Of a stretch of DNA of 64,000 nt, positions 1-9,458 are shown in pieces (the first letter of the stretch is position 1; each line of letters starts with the position of its first letter). Source of the stretch: Candidatus Omnitrophota bacterium (lineage in GTDB: Bacteria > Omnitrophota > Gorgyraeia > Zapsychrales > Zapsychraceae); the NCBI GenBank assembly GCA_021108075.1, contig JAIORP010000090.1, forward strand, positions 79,828-143,827, in the 5' to 3' direction. Below the pieces are notes generated by a model. That model made no database searches. It was not told where the DNA came from and saw only the letters and a list, made by a program, of their open reading frames with translations. Both the position numbers and the translations under genes were made by a program.

Positions 1-437
1 AAAAACATCAAATAAATCCCTTAGGGGGCTGTTTACCGATGATTCTACAAATGCCTGTTTTTATCGGTTTATATCAAGTTTTATACCGATCTGTTTCTCT
101 AAAAGGATCAAGTTTTCTTTGGATAAAAGACTTGTCAATGCCGGATCGATTGTTTATGTTGCCGACACAATTACCCGTTATTGGAAATGAGATTAATGTC
201 TTGCCGTTAGTGATTCTTATTCTAATGTTTTTCCAGCAAAGGTTTTCTATGAAAAATATGTCGACAAGCGATCCTGCTCAGGCTCAGCAACAAAAAATTA
301 TGAGCATTTTTTTCCCTATATTTTTAGGGTTTATTTTTTATCGGTTATCAAGTGGATTAACACTATATTTCAGTATGTTTTATATGTTTTCAACATTTTC
401 ACAGTTTCAAATGTCGAAACAAGTTAAGGTTGAATAA
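1..437 (+). CDS. yidC: Membrane protein insertase YidC, C-terminal part (5' end outside window)
   Basis: Frame is open from the window start: KHQINPLGGCLPMILQMPVF...FLWIKDLSMPD...GLTLY; jag-parAB context. Confidence 0.93.
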   Translation, partial: KHQINPLGGCLPMILQMPVFIGLYQVLYRSVSLKGSSFLWIKDLSMPDRLFMLPTQLPVIGNEINVLPLVILILMFFQQRFSMKNMSTSDPAQAQQQKIMSIFFPIFLGFIFYRLSSGLTLYFSMFYMFSTFSQFQMSKQVKVE

Positions 438-636
438 AATGGAAAAAGAAAATACGACTAAAAGCATAACAGTAGAGGGGAGCACCGTCGAAGATGCTAT
501 TGAAAAAGCTGTAAATCAATTGAAAGTTAGTAAGGAAGAAGTGAATATCAAAGTTGTTTGTGAGGAAAGTAAAGGCCTTTTTGGCATGGAAGGGGCTAAA
601 TCCGCAAAGATTATTGTTACGATTAAGGATAATTAA
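430..636 (+). CDS. jag: Jag/EloR N-terminal domain-only protein
   Basis: ITVEGSTVEDAIEKA...KGLFGM Jag_N signature directly after yidC; no KH or R3H domains. Confidence 0.8.
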   Translation: MNKMEKENTTKSITVEGSTVEDAIEKAVNQLKVSKEEVNIKVVCEESKGLFGMEGAKSAKIIVTIKDN

Positions 637-650
637 TATATTATCTCTAA

Positions 651-666
651 TGTTTCACGTGAAACA
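651..666. promoter_or_regulatory. parS centromere site
   Basis: Perfect palindrome TGTTTCACGTGAAACA immediately upstream of parA. Confidence 0.95.
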
Positions 667-675
667 TACCGAATT

Positions 676-1485
676 ATGGCTAAAATTATATCAGTTTGTA
701 ATCAAAAAGGTGGAACAGGTAAGACAACAACGGCTGTTAATTTATCGGCTTCGCTGGGTAAATTGAATAAAAAGATATTAGCAGTTGATGTTGATCCACA
801 AGGTAATTTAACTAGTGGGTTTGGTGTTAATAAAAGTGAACTGAAATTGTCGATATATGACATTTTGGTCGATAATCAATCTGTTGACAAAGTTTCTATT
901 ATTAATGCATCTGAAAATGTTGATATCTTGCCTTGTAATATTAATTTGACGGGCGCTGAAATTGAATTAGTTGGTGCATTATCTCGGGAGACGAGATTAA
1001 AGAAGGCGTTAGATAGCGTTAAGAAAAAATATGATTATATCTTTATTGATGCGCCGCCATCATTAGGGTTATTAACCTTAAATGCTTTAGTTGCAAGTAA
1101 TTCTATACTTATACCTATACAATGTGAATTTTATGCGCTGGAAGGTGTTTCCCAATTATTGAATACAATTAACCTTATTCGAGAAGGTTTGAATCCGCAG
1201 TTGTTTGTCGAGGGGGTTTTGCTGACCATGGCCGACTTTAGGACCAAGTTGACTTCGGAAGTTATTGGAGAAATAAAGAAGTATTTTAAAGAAAAAGTTT
1301 ATAAATCGATCATTCCTAGGAATATTCGACTTAGTGAGGCTCCCAGCCATGGGAAGCCGATCAATATTTATGATCCGCAGTCTATAGGGGCAAAAAAATA
1401 TGGAGAACTAGCTGTAGAGTTATTACAAGGCAATAATGATGATATTACTGTCCAGATTGGACAAAATAATCAGATTGGACAGTAA
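676..1485 (+). CDS. parA: Chromosome partitioning ATPase ParA/Soj
   Basis: NQKGGTGKTTT deviant Walker A, DPQGN, EAPSHG. Confidence 0.97.
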   Translation: MAKIISVCNQKGGTGKTTTAVNLSASLGKLNKKILAVDVDPQGNLTSGFGVNKSELKLSIYDILVDNQSVDKVSIINASENVDILPCNINLTGAEIELVGALSRETRLKKALDSVKKKYDYIFIDAPPSLGLLTLNALVASNSILIPIQCEFYALEGVSQLLNTINLIREGLNPQLFVEGVLLTMADFRTKLTSEVIGEIKKYFKEKVYKSIIPRNIRLSEAPSHGKPINIYDPQSIGAKKYGELAVELLQGNNDDITVQIGQNNQIGQ

Positions 1486-1519
1486 AATTTAGTAAAAAAA
1501 CTAGAAAAGGGAGAAATTT

Positions 1520-2368
1520 ATGGAGAATAGGGCACTTGGAAAAGGTCTATCAGCTCTTATTCCAGAGAATAAAGATGTCCAAACTGAAGAATCCGTTATT
1601 TATTTAAAAGCGGAAAGCATAAAATTTAATCAGAACCAGCCACGCAGCATTTATGACAATGAAAAACTTAACGAATTGAAGGCTTCTATTAAAGAGAAGG
1701 GGATTCTTCAGCCCATTTTAGTTAGAAAAAGTAATGGAAGCTATGAAGTCATTGCCGGGGAGCGTAGATTACGGGCGGCTAAGGCCTTAAACATGACACA
1801 GATACCTGCATTGGTTAAAAATGTTAATGATCAGGAAGCGCTTGTCATTGCCCTCGTTGAGAATATTCAAAGAGAAGAACTGAATCCCATGGAAGAAGCC
1901 ATGGCATACAGGAAGTTGATCGAAGATTTCAGTTATACCCAAGACGTAGTTGCAAAAGCTGTTGGAAAAAATCGATCAACCGTCACAAATCTTTTACGGT
2001 TATTAAAATTGCCAAAAGAAATACAGGGAGCGATTTCCAAGGGACAATTATCTGTTGGTCACGCAAGGGCTTTGTTGGCCTTAGAGTCGTTTGTCGACAA
2101 AAAAGCAATATTTGATGAGATATTGAAAAAAAATTTGTCTGTTCGGGAAGTGGAATTGTTCGTGCAACGAAAAAATCAAAAATTATTACGGCCAGCTAAG
2201 CGTGTTCCTCAAAAAGATTCGGATATTTTGCATTTGGAAGATGATTTGCAAAAAAGTTTAGGAACAAAAGTGAGTATTGTTAGCAATAAAAAAAAGAAAG
2301 GCAAGATTGTTATTGAATACTATTCATTAGATGATTTGGATCGAATTCTGACAAGAATTAAAGCATGA
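1520..2368 (+). CDS. parB: Chromosome partitioning protein ParB/Spo0J
   Basis: LGKGLSALI N-terminal motif, GERRLRA, ENIQRE, HTH. Confidence 0.97.
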   Translation: MENRALGKGLSALIPENKDVQTEESVIYLKAESIKFNQNQPRSIYDNEKLNELKASIKEKGILQPILVRKSNGSYEVIAGERRLRAAKALNMTQIPALVKNVNDQEALVIALVENIQREELNPMEEAMAYRKLIEDFSYTQDVVAKAVGKNRSTVTNLLRLLKLPKEIQGAISKGQLSVGHARALLALESFVDKKAIFDEILKKNLSVREVELFVQRKNQKLLRPAKRVPQKDSDILHLEDDLQKSLGTKVSIVSNKKKKGKIVIEYYSLDDLDRILTRIKA

Positions 2369-2862
2369 GAGAGCCTGTTTTAGTTATTTTTAAACCTGAT
2401 GCAATGAAAAAGAGACTTGTAGGGGATGTTTTAACGAAATTCGAACAATCCAGCCTTGATCTCGTCGCTGCAAAAGTTATCAATCCAACGCGAGAAAAAA
2501 CCGAAAAACATTATGAGCACTTAAAAGAAAAACCCTTTTTTCAAAAGCAGGTTAAATTCTTCATGGGAGAAGAATATTTTGAAAAAGGATTGCTTTTTTT
2601 TATTTTTTTTGGTGAAAATGCTGTCCAGGTGTGTCGGGATATTGCAGGCGCCACCCACCCCGAAGAGGCGAAGCCAACCACAGTAAGAGGGTCGTACGGT
2701 CGTGTCAACAACAAGGATATTTATGAGAATGTCGTTCATGTGTCGTCGAGCTTAGGGGCTGCGGAGCGTGAAATAAAATTATGGTTTAATCCCGGTGATA
2801 TAGAAATGATGTTGTTTTCAACAACACTTGATAATAATAAGCAAAAAAGGATATGGGTATGA
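2365..2862 (+). CDS. ndk: Nucleoside diphosphate kinase
   Basis: IFKPDA, TVRGSYG, ENVVH catalytic His, REIKLWF. Confidence 0.9.
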   Translation: MREPVLVIFKPDAMKKRLVGDVLTKFEQSSLDLVAAKVINPTREKTEKHYEHLKEKPFFQKQVKFFMGEEYFEKGLLFFIFFGENAVQVCRDIAGATHPEEAKPTTVRGSYGRVNNKDIYENVVHVSSSLGAAEREIKLWFNPGDIEMMLFSTTLDNNKQKRIWV

Positions 2863-3680
2863 TTAGGGGGATGACAGGCTTTGGCATAACTCAAGTTGCG
2901 ATTAAAGAATTGAAAGCATTAGTCGAGATTCGAAGTTTAAACCATAGATATTTTGACATCAATTGCTATTTACCTTCTGGATTTTCATCGATAGAAGACA
3001 AAATTCGTCAAATTGCTCAAAAGCAAATTAAAAGAGGGCGGGTAACCGTTTCAATAAAGATTACCCAAAAACCGCCGCCTACGATATCATTTAATAAGCA
3101 AGTTGTTCAAAGCTATATTAACGAATCGAAAAAGTTACAAAAGGTCTTTAAGTTGAACAATGATCTTTCGCTTTCCGATATTATCCGTTTTCCAGGGGTA
3201 GTCGAAACCCAAGAAATTTTTGTTAAAGGGGAGTCCGTGTGGCCTGTTTTAGAAAAAGCTATCAACAAAGTTTTGATGAGCTTGATGCGGATGAGAACGC
3301 GTGAAGGGAGGAGCTTAGCGCGGGATGTCAAGGGACAATTGGGTCGTATGTTGTTGAAAACAAACAATATAAAAAAAAGAATCCATGTGATTCGCAAAGA
3401 AAATAAGAAGATGTTAACTCCGGACGAATTTTATTCCTTTCAAAAGAGCAGTGATATTAACGAAGAAATATCGCGATTAATACATTATATTGAAGAACTG
3501 AAGTTATTGCTGAACAGTGAATCAGCCGTTGGTAAAAAAATTGATTTTATTGCGCAAGAGATGCAGCGGGAGACGAATACCATTGGTTCGAAGGTCCAGG
3601 ACAATCTTATATCAGATGCTGTCATTGCATTAAAAAGCAAGATTGAAAAAATCCGAGAGCAATCTCAAAATATTGAATGA
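2859..3680 (+). CDS. yicC: YicC/YloC family endoribonuclease
   Basis: MTGFG, SLNHRY, QEMQRETNTIGSK, EKIREQSQNIE; lies before gmk. Confidence 0.93.
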   Translation: MIRGMTGFGITQVAIKELKALVEIRSLNHRYFDINCYLPSGFSSIEDKIRQIAQKQIKRGRVTVSIKITQKPPPTISFNKQVVQSYINESKKLQKVFKLNNDLSLSDIIRFPGVVETQEIFVKGESVWPVLEKAINKVLMSLMRMRTREGRSLARDVKGQLGRMLLKTNNIKKRIHVIRKENKKMLTPDEFYSFQKSSDINEEISRLIHYIEELKLLLNSESAVGKKIDFIAQEMQRETNTIGSKVQDNLISDAVIALKSKIEKIREQSQNIE

Positions 3681-4285
3681 TGCCAGTGACAAAAAAGAAG
3701 AATAAGGGGAAAATTTTTATCATTTCTGGGCCTTCTGGGGTTGGAAAAACGACGCTGTTTCAACGCGTGATCAAGCTGAAGAAATACTGTGATAAAATTT
3801 TTCGTTCGATTTCCGTTACCAGCAGATCCCGACGTAAGGGAGAACGAGATGGCCGGGATTATTTTTTTGTTAGTCCTAAGATGTTCGAATACAAAATACG
3901 CGCAGGGCATTTTCTAGAGTGGGAAAGAGTCTTTGACCATTATTATGGAACACCTAAAAAAAAGGTAAAAGACCTGACAGCTCGAGGGGATAATGTGTTG
4001 CTGTGTGTTGATGTTAAAGGCGCACAGACAGTTAGAAAAAAATTTAAACGTGTCGTTTCAATTTTTATTAAGCCCCCGTCGATGGAAGAGCTTCAAAAGC
4101 GTCTCAATGACCGGGGATCAGAGTCTGGGATTGTTCAGAAAAAAAGACTGGCACGTGTGAAACAAGAACTGAATGAAGCGAAATATTTTGATCATATTGT
4201 CATCAATGATCAGATCCTCAAGGCTGTCAATCAATTAGACCATATTTTGGAAAATGAATTATTTATAGACGACGGGAGGATTTAA
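3677..4285 (+). CDS. gmk: Guanylate kinase
   Basis: SGPSGVGKT, DGRDYFF, FLEW, YYGTP. Confidence 0.96.
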   Translation: MMPVTKKKNKGKIFIISGPSGVGKTTLFQRVIKLKKYCDKIFRSISVTSRSRRKGERDGRDYFFVSPKMFEYKIRAGHFLEWERVFDHYYGTPKKKVKDLTARGDNVLLCVDVKGAQTVRKKFKRVVSIFIKPPSMEELQKRLNDRGSESGIVQKKRLARVKQELNEAKYFDHIVINDQILKAVNQLDHILENELFIDDGRI

Positions 4286-4302
4286 AACGCAGTTAATTTT
4301 TT

Positions 4303-4331
4303 TTGACATTAGAGACGAGATGTGCTATATA
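4303..4331 (+). promoter_or_regulatory. Sigma70-type promoter for rpoZ-coaC-tRNA genes
   Basis: TTGACA-17 nt-TATATT with extended -10 TG. Confidence 0.6.
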
Positions 4332-4402
4332 TTAACGTTATTATATATAGAAATGACAGCATAAGTGTTTTAACTTATATTTAATGAGGAGGCAAATAAT
4401 AG

Positions 4403-4633
4403 ATGGGGGAAATACCTATTGAAGAATTGTTACCGAAAGCAAATGGAAGTGTGTACAGACTTGTCCGATTAGCTGCCAATCGTGCATTGGAACTTGCAGA
4501 GGGTAAACCGAGTCTTATTGAAGCCAAGTCGATAGAGAAAATTAGCACGATCGTATTGAATGAAATTGCTCAAGGGAAGGTGGTCTCTCCTGAGTACGCA
4601 CAAAGAAATCCAGAAGCCAAACCCGAAAAGTAA
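4403..4633 (+). CDS. rpoZ: RNA polymerase omega subunit
   Basis: SVYRLVRLAANRALEL motif; gmk-rpoZ-coaBC synteny. Confidence 0.9.
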   Translation: MGEIPIEELLPKANGSVYRLVRLAANRALELAEGKPSLIEAKSIEKISTIVLNEIAQGKVVSPEYAQRNPEAKPEK

Positions 4634-4659
4634 TCAAGCGTGGGTCTTCAAAAATAAGC

Positions 4660-5211
4660 GTGAAACAAAACAAACGAATAATTTTAGGCGTAACAGGTAG
4701 CATTGCCGCATATAAATCAGCGGATATAACACGACGTTTATTAACTGAGAAGTATTGCGTAACCGTTGTTATGACAGTATCATCGGAGCAATTTATAACA
4801 CCGCTAACGCTTGCGGCATTATCAAGAGATCGCGTGTATCGGGGGATGTTTGATGAGAGATGCCATCCAGAATTTATTCACCATGTCGGTTTAGCTCAGG
4901 ATGCGGATGCGGTCCTCATCGCTCCTGCGACTGCAAACATCATAGGAAAAATAGCGGCAGGATTAGCCGATGATTTGTTGACCTGTTTAGTTATGGCGAC
5001 AAAAGCGCCTATCTTAATCGCTCCAGCCATGAATACAGTCATGTATGAAAACAAAATTTATCAAAACAACTGCAAAAAATTGCATGATTTTGGTTTTCAT
5101 TTTATAGAGCCGATTGAAGGTCAGTTAGCCTGTCGAGATGAAGGAAAAGGGCATTTAGCGCCTGTTTCAGAAATTGTTAAAGCTGTAAATGATCTTTTAC
5201 AAGAAAAATAG
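4660..5211 (+). CDS. coaC: Phosphopantothenoylcysteine decarboxylase (CoaC half of CoaBC only)
   Basis: GVTGSIAAYK, APATAN, APAMN, LAC..GKG; 183 aa with no CoaB domain. Confidence 0.9.
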   Translation: MKQNKRIILGVTGSIAAYKSADITRRLLTEKYCVTVVMTVSSEQFITPLTLAALSRDRVYRGMFDERCHPEFIHHVGLAQDADAVLIAPATANIIGKIAAGLADDLLTCLVMATKAPILIAPAMNTVMYENKIYQNNCKKLHDFGFHFIEPIEGQLACRDEGKGHLAPVSEIVKAVNDLLQEK

Positions 5212-5212
5212 T

Positions 5213-5283
5213 GGCGCGATAGCCAAGTGGTAAGGCCGTGGTCTGCAAAATCACTATCGCCGGTTCGATTCCGGCTCGCGCCT
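5213..5283 (+). tRNA. tRNA-Cys(GCA)
   Basis: GGCGCGA/TCGCGCC acceptor stem, CT-GCA-AA anticodon loop, GGTTCGATTCC T-arm. Confidence 0.95.
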
Positions 5284-5338
5284 TTAATCGTACATTAATG
5301 GATGATTGAAGCGTGAGTGGATTATTACGATATGTTGT

Positions 5339-5421
5339 GGGCAAGTGGTGGAATGGCATACACGTTGGACTTAAAATCCAATGGCTGCAAGGCCGTGTGG
5401 GTTCGACTCCCACCTTGCCCA
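5339..5421 (+). tRNA. tRNA-Leu(TAA)
   Basis: GGGCAAG/CTTGCCC stem, CT-TAA-AA loop, long variable arm, GGTTCGACTCC. Confidence 0.95.
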
Positions 5422-5470
5422 TATGTTTTTGAGAAACAAAGAATTTTTTTTGGATATCTTTGTTTTACTT

Positions 5471-5547
5471 GGGCGGTTAGCTCAGTTGGTTAGAGTGCTA
5501 CGTTGACATCGTAGAGGTCACAAGTTCGAGTCTTGTACCGCCCACCA
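5471..5547 (+). tRNA. tRNA-Val(GAC)
   Basis: GGGCGGT/ACCGCCC stem, TT-GAC-AT loop, encoded CCA. Confidence 0.96.
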
Positions 5548-5626
5548 TTGAATTAAATATAAGGAGAGAAAGAGTTGACTTTTATCTTTTTACCATTTAT
5601 TTCAGCAACTTTTTTTTATGTGAGAC

Positions 5627-7363
5627 ATGGAAAATAAAATGTTAGATAGCTTAAGACATAGTTGCTCTCACGTTATGGCACAAGCTGTCAAAGAACTTTG
5701 GCCGGACGTGAAAGTGGCGATAGGTCCAGCCATTGAGGATGGTTTTTATTATGATTTTGATAAATCGGAACCATTTACTCCGCAAGATTTAAAGAAAATC
5801 GAAAAACGGATGAGAAAAATTACCAGCGCAAAATTGCCGATCAAGCAATCCTTCATGCCTAAGGCCGATGCGCTAAAATTTTTCAGTGAAAAAAATGAAA
5901 CATACAAGTTGGAGCTTATTGAAGGCTTTGAGGATGAGCAGGTCTCTATTTACACGACGGGCGAGGACAAATTTATTGATTTGTGCAAAGGTCCTCACGT
6001 GGAACATACGGGAGAGATCGTCGCCTTTAAGCTTTTATCCATTGCCGGGGCCTATTGGCGTGGGGATGAAAACAATGCCCGCCTGCAACGGATTTATGGA
6101 ACGTGTTTTTACAGCCAGGAAGAGCTGGAGCAACATATCCAATTATTAGAAGAGGCCCAAAAAAGAGATCACCGCAAACTGGGCATACAATTAGATCTTT
6201 TTAATTTTTATTATGATACCGCGGGGGCAGGGCTTGTTTTTTATCATCCGAATGGGGCTATGTTGCGCAATATTATTGAGCAGTACGTACGTGAGGAACA
6301 TGTTAAGAGAGGCTATGAATTTGTGATAACACCGAATATTTTGAAGGGCAAACTATGGGTTCAAAGCGGGCATGCTGACCATTATCGCGAAAATATGTAT
6401 TTTTTTGATGTTGATGGAGAAGAATATGCTGTTAAGCCGATGAATTGTCCCGGGCACATGTTGATTTATAAGTCCCGATTACGTTCTTACCGGGATCTTC
6501 CCCTGAAATTTTTTGAATTAGGTACAGTTTACCGACGAGAAAAAACAGGCGTTCTACACGGGTTGTTAAGAGTTCGTGGCTTTACACAAGATGATGCTCA
6601 TATATTTTGCGCAAAAGATCAAGTCCAGCAGGAAGTTGTTAAAGTCATAGAGTTTGTCTTTGATTTTATGCATACATTTGGCTTTAAAGATTTAAATATT
6701 GAAGTGAGTACGCGGCCGGATGACTTTATCGGAGCTGTAGAGGATTGGGATGTGGCTACGCAGGCACTGGAAGCTTCATTAAAGGAGAAGCATCTGGAGT
6801 ATCAAATCAACGAAGGCGATGGCGCTTTTTACGGTCCGAAAATTGACATTAAGCTAAAGGATGCTCTAAGAAGAGAATGGCAGTGCGCGACTATTCAATG
6901 TGATTTTTCTTTGCCAGAACGCTTTAATTTAAGTTATACTAATGCAAAAGGGGAGCCTACGCGACCCATTATGATTCATCGTGCTATTATGGGCAGTGTG
7001 GAGCGTTTTATCGGAACCTTAATTGAACACTATGCCGGGGCGTTTCCCGTTTGGTTAGCGCCTGTCCAAGTACTGTTGATCCCGATTCGCGAATCTCATC
7101 AAGAATATTCCAATCAGGTTAAAGAGCGTATGCTAGCTGAAGGAATGAGGGTAACGGTTGATTACCGCAATGAAAGCTTGAACAAAAGAATTAGGGAAGG
7201 GACATTGAAGAAAATTCCCTATATTATCATTATTGGGGATAATGAACAATCGTCGCAGACACTGGCTATTCGCAGACATGGCAAAGGGGATCAAGGTGTT
7301 GTCCCTCTTGATGATTTTCTTTTAAAAATAAAGAAAGAAATAGAACAGAAAAGTTTAGATTAG
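5627..7363 (+). CDS. thrS: Threonyl-tRNA synthetase (no TGS domain)
   Basis: RHSCSHVMA, DLCKGPH, KPMNCPGH, RVRGFTQDDAH, GAFYGPK. Confidence 0.98.
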   Translation: MENKMLDSLRHSCSHVMAQAVKELWPDVKVAIGPAIEDGFYYDFDKSEPFTPQDLKKIEKRMRKITSAKLPIKQSFMPKADALKFFSEKNETYKLELIEGFEDEQVSIYTTGEDKFIDLCKGPHVEHTGEIVAFKLLSIAGAYWRGDENNARLQRIYGTCFYSQEELEQHIQLLEEAQKRDHRKLGIQLDLFNFYYDTAGAGLVFYHPNGAMLRNIIEQYVREEHVKRGYEFVITPNILKGKLWVQSGHADHYRENMYFFDVDGEEYAVKPMNCPGHMLIYKSRLRSYRDLPLKFFELGTVYRREKTGVLHGLLRVRGFTQDDAHIFCAKDQVQQEVVKVIEFVFDFMHTFGFKDLNIEVSTRPDDFIGAVEDWDVATQALEASLKEKHLEYQINEGDGAFYGPKIDIKLKDALRREWQCATIQCDFSLPERFNLSYTNAKGEPTRPIMIHRAIMGSVERFIGTLIEHYAGAFPVWLAPVQVLLIPIRESHQEYSNQVKERMLAEGMRVTVDYRNESLNKRIREGTLKKIPYIIIIGDNEQSSQTLAIRRHGKGDQGVVPLDDFLLKIKKEIEQKSLD

Positions 7364-7386
7364 TTTATTAATAAGGAGGTGTCATT

Positions 7387-7905
7387 ATTCAAAAGTTTGT
7401 GCGCATTAACGAATCAATCAGAGCTAAAGAGGTTCGAGTTATTGGACCGAATTCAGAACAACTTGGCGTTGTTGTTTTAAAGCGGGCATTGGATTTAGCT
7501 GAAGAATATGATCAGGATTTGGTCGAAATCGCCCCAACAGCTACTCCTCCTGTTTGTCGGATTATGGATTACAGTAAATATAAATATGACCAGGAGAAAA
7601 AAGAGCGAAGAATAAAGAAAAATCAAGTTGTTACTCATCTAAAACAGATTCGGTTAAAACCTCACATTGGAGAAAGCGATTATCAGGTTAAGTTAAAAAA
7701 AGCAAAGAGTTTTTTAGAAAAAAAGGATAAAGTGAAGGTCAATATGTTTTTTCGAGGACGTGAAATGGCTCATCGCGAATTGGGCCGTGAGATTTTAGAA
7801 AAAATGAGGACCGATTTGATCGAACTTGGGAAAGTTGAGAAAGAGCCATCCATGGAAGGACGCGTGATGTCCATGGTTTTTGCTCCTCATACGAGTAAAA
7901 TCTAA
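7387..7905 (+). CDS. infC: Translation initiation factor IF-3, probable ATT start
   Basis: RINESIRAKEVRVI, PPVCRIMDY, FRGRE; AGGAGGT SD at 7374-7380 followed by in-frame ATT codons at 7384 and 7387. Confidence 0.95.
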   Translation: MQKFVRINESIRAKEVRVIGPNSEQLGVVVLKRALDLAEEYDQDLVEIAPTATPPVCRIMDYSKYKYDQEKKERRIKKNQVVTHLKQIRLKPHIGESDYQVKLKKAKSFLEKKDKVKVNMFFRGREMAHRELGREILEKMRTDLIELGKVEKEPSMEGRVMSMVFAPHTSKI

Positions 7906-8092
7906 AATTTTCATCTTTTTTGTTTTGTTCATTGTTGAGAGAAAAGCAAACCACATGTTAAGGGGGTAGGGACATGTTTTATTTAATTTTTTATGTGGTG
8001 TACTTATTTTTTGTTTTTTTATGCGGAATATGATATTCTTTTTTATTAATATTTCCGGGTAGCAAATAGTTAATTAAAGGGACGGTTATAAT

Positions 8093-8290
8093 ATGCAAAA
8101 GTTAAAGACATGTAAATCAGCGGCAAAACGTTTAAAAATAACGAAGTCAGGAAAAATTAAGAAACGTAGCGCAAGACGGGGACACATCTTGGGAAAAATG
8201 TCGCGTAAGGCTAAAAGAAAATTGCGTCAAAGTTCATATTTGTCTGATAGTGATGCAAAGAAAATAAGGAGGTTGTTGCCTTATGGTTAG
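8093..8290 (+). CDS. rpmI: 50S ribosomal protein L35
   Basis: KLKTCKSAAKR; infC-rpmI-rplT order. Confidence 0.96.
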   Translation: MQKLKTCKSAAKRLKITKSGKIKKRSARRGHILGKMSRKAKRKLRQSSYLSDSDAKKIRRLLPYG

Positions 8291-8672
8291 GATAAAACAT
8301 TCAGTTGCGACAAAAAGAAGAAAAAAACGTGTCTTAAAAAAAGCTAAAGGTCAGTTTGGACACCGCAGTACACGGTTTTCGCAAGCGAAACGGTCTATTG
8401 TTAAAGGCATGGCGTATTCTTATCGGGACCGTAAAGTCAAAAAGAGAGAATTTAGAAGTTTATGGATTATTCGTATTAATGCCGCCTGCCAAGAATGCGG
8501 TATCACGTATAGCCGCTTTATTGATGGTTTGACAAAAGCGAATGTCTTGATTAATCGAAAAATTTTAGCTGAATTGGCTGTTCGTGCCCCTGAGTCATTT
8601 AAGAAATTAGCTGAAGTGGCAAAAGAAAAAGCTTCTGGACCAAAGAAAACAGAAACTGTTTCAGCTGCTTGA
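8283..8672 (+). CDS. rplT: 50S ribosomal protein L20
   Basis: YRDRKVKKREFRSLWIIRINAA, NRKILAELA. Confidence 0.97.
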   Translation: MVRIKHSVATKRRKKRVLKKAKGQFGHRSTRFSQAKRSIVKGMAYSYRDRKVKKREFRSLWIIRINAACQECGITYSRFIDGLTKANVLINRKILAELAVRAPESFKKLAEVAKEKASGPKKTETVSAA

Positions 8673-8688
8673 TAAATCAAACTTATTT

Positions 8689-8723
8689 AAGCCCATTATC
8701 CGATCGTGATAATGGGCTTTTTT
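8689..8723 (+). terminator. Rho-independent terminator after rplT
   Basis: AAGCCCATTATC-loop-GATAATGGGCTT followed by T tract. Confidence 0.85.
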
Positions 8724-8811
8724 CTTGTTTCCGGGAATGATTTAACAGAATGCGTGATTGAACGTGATCAGGTGGTTGATTGACAAAAACAGGGAATTCC
8801 GTATTATATTA

Positions 8812-9001
8812 TACCGAATCCATTAATGACTTATTTTATTTCGATTTTGATATTCTAGATAAAGCGTTGATAAAAGCAGAATCGGTTTTGGTAATGATAC
8901 CAAATTCATTGAATAATTCATCTGATTTCTCATTGCTATTTGCGTAAAAGCGTTCGCAAAAAATGATGAGAAATTTTGGCAATTATTTAATGGATTTGGT
9001 A
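8812..9001. mobile_element. Composite of two MITE-like elements (truncated copy 8812-8895 plus full copy 8898-9001)
   Basis: TACCGAATCCATTAA... then TACCAAATTCATTGAATAATT...AATTATTTAATGGATTTGGTA; interiors match copies at 41719 (reverse) and 43994. Confidence 0.75.
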
Positions 9002-9458
9002 TAAATAGATGGATTTTTATCGCAGTCAGGAAATCATCTCTGTTTGTTTTTGGTTGTTGAAAACAAGTGAAAGACAAATCAGTCATCCCGCTCAGATTCG
9101 CCGTTCATCATCAAGTGTTTTTATTCAAAAAATGAAGAAGATCGCCACTAAAAAACAGCAATAAGAACAACTCAGAATAAATGATTAACACAAGAAAGAG
9201 AGCGGTCTTTGAAATTCAGGGATTATTCTAACCCGGGATGATGTCCATATAATATTTTTTTGGTATTAATAATTGGTAAAGAGGCTATTGTGAATTTATC
9301 ATATAGAGCAAACAATATTATGTTTTTTATTTGAGTTATTGTTCCGGACCGGACCCTGGGGTATAATAGCGACATTCATTGAGGAATATGGTACGTATTC
9401 TTGAAACACGCACTGCGTAGTTTAAATTTGTAGTAACCATAAAAATAGGTTTTGTCTT

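Noticed and set aside
8823-9086. 87-aa minus-strand ORF in the rplT-trkA spacer
   Set aside because: It runs through the nested MITE copies and has no recognisable protein features.
9110-9215. Hydrophobic minus-strand stretch SKTALFLVLIIYSELFLLLFF
   Set aside because: An in-frame stop lies just upstream and there is no standard start codon; could be chance or a remnant.
9000-9458. Possible c-di-AMP riboswitch before trkA
   Set aside because: I could not find the conserved ydaO aptamer motifs.
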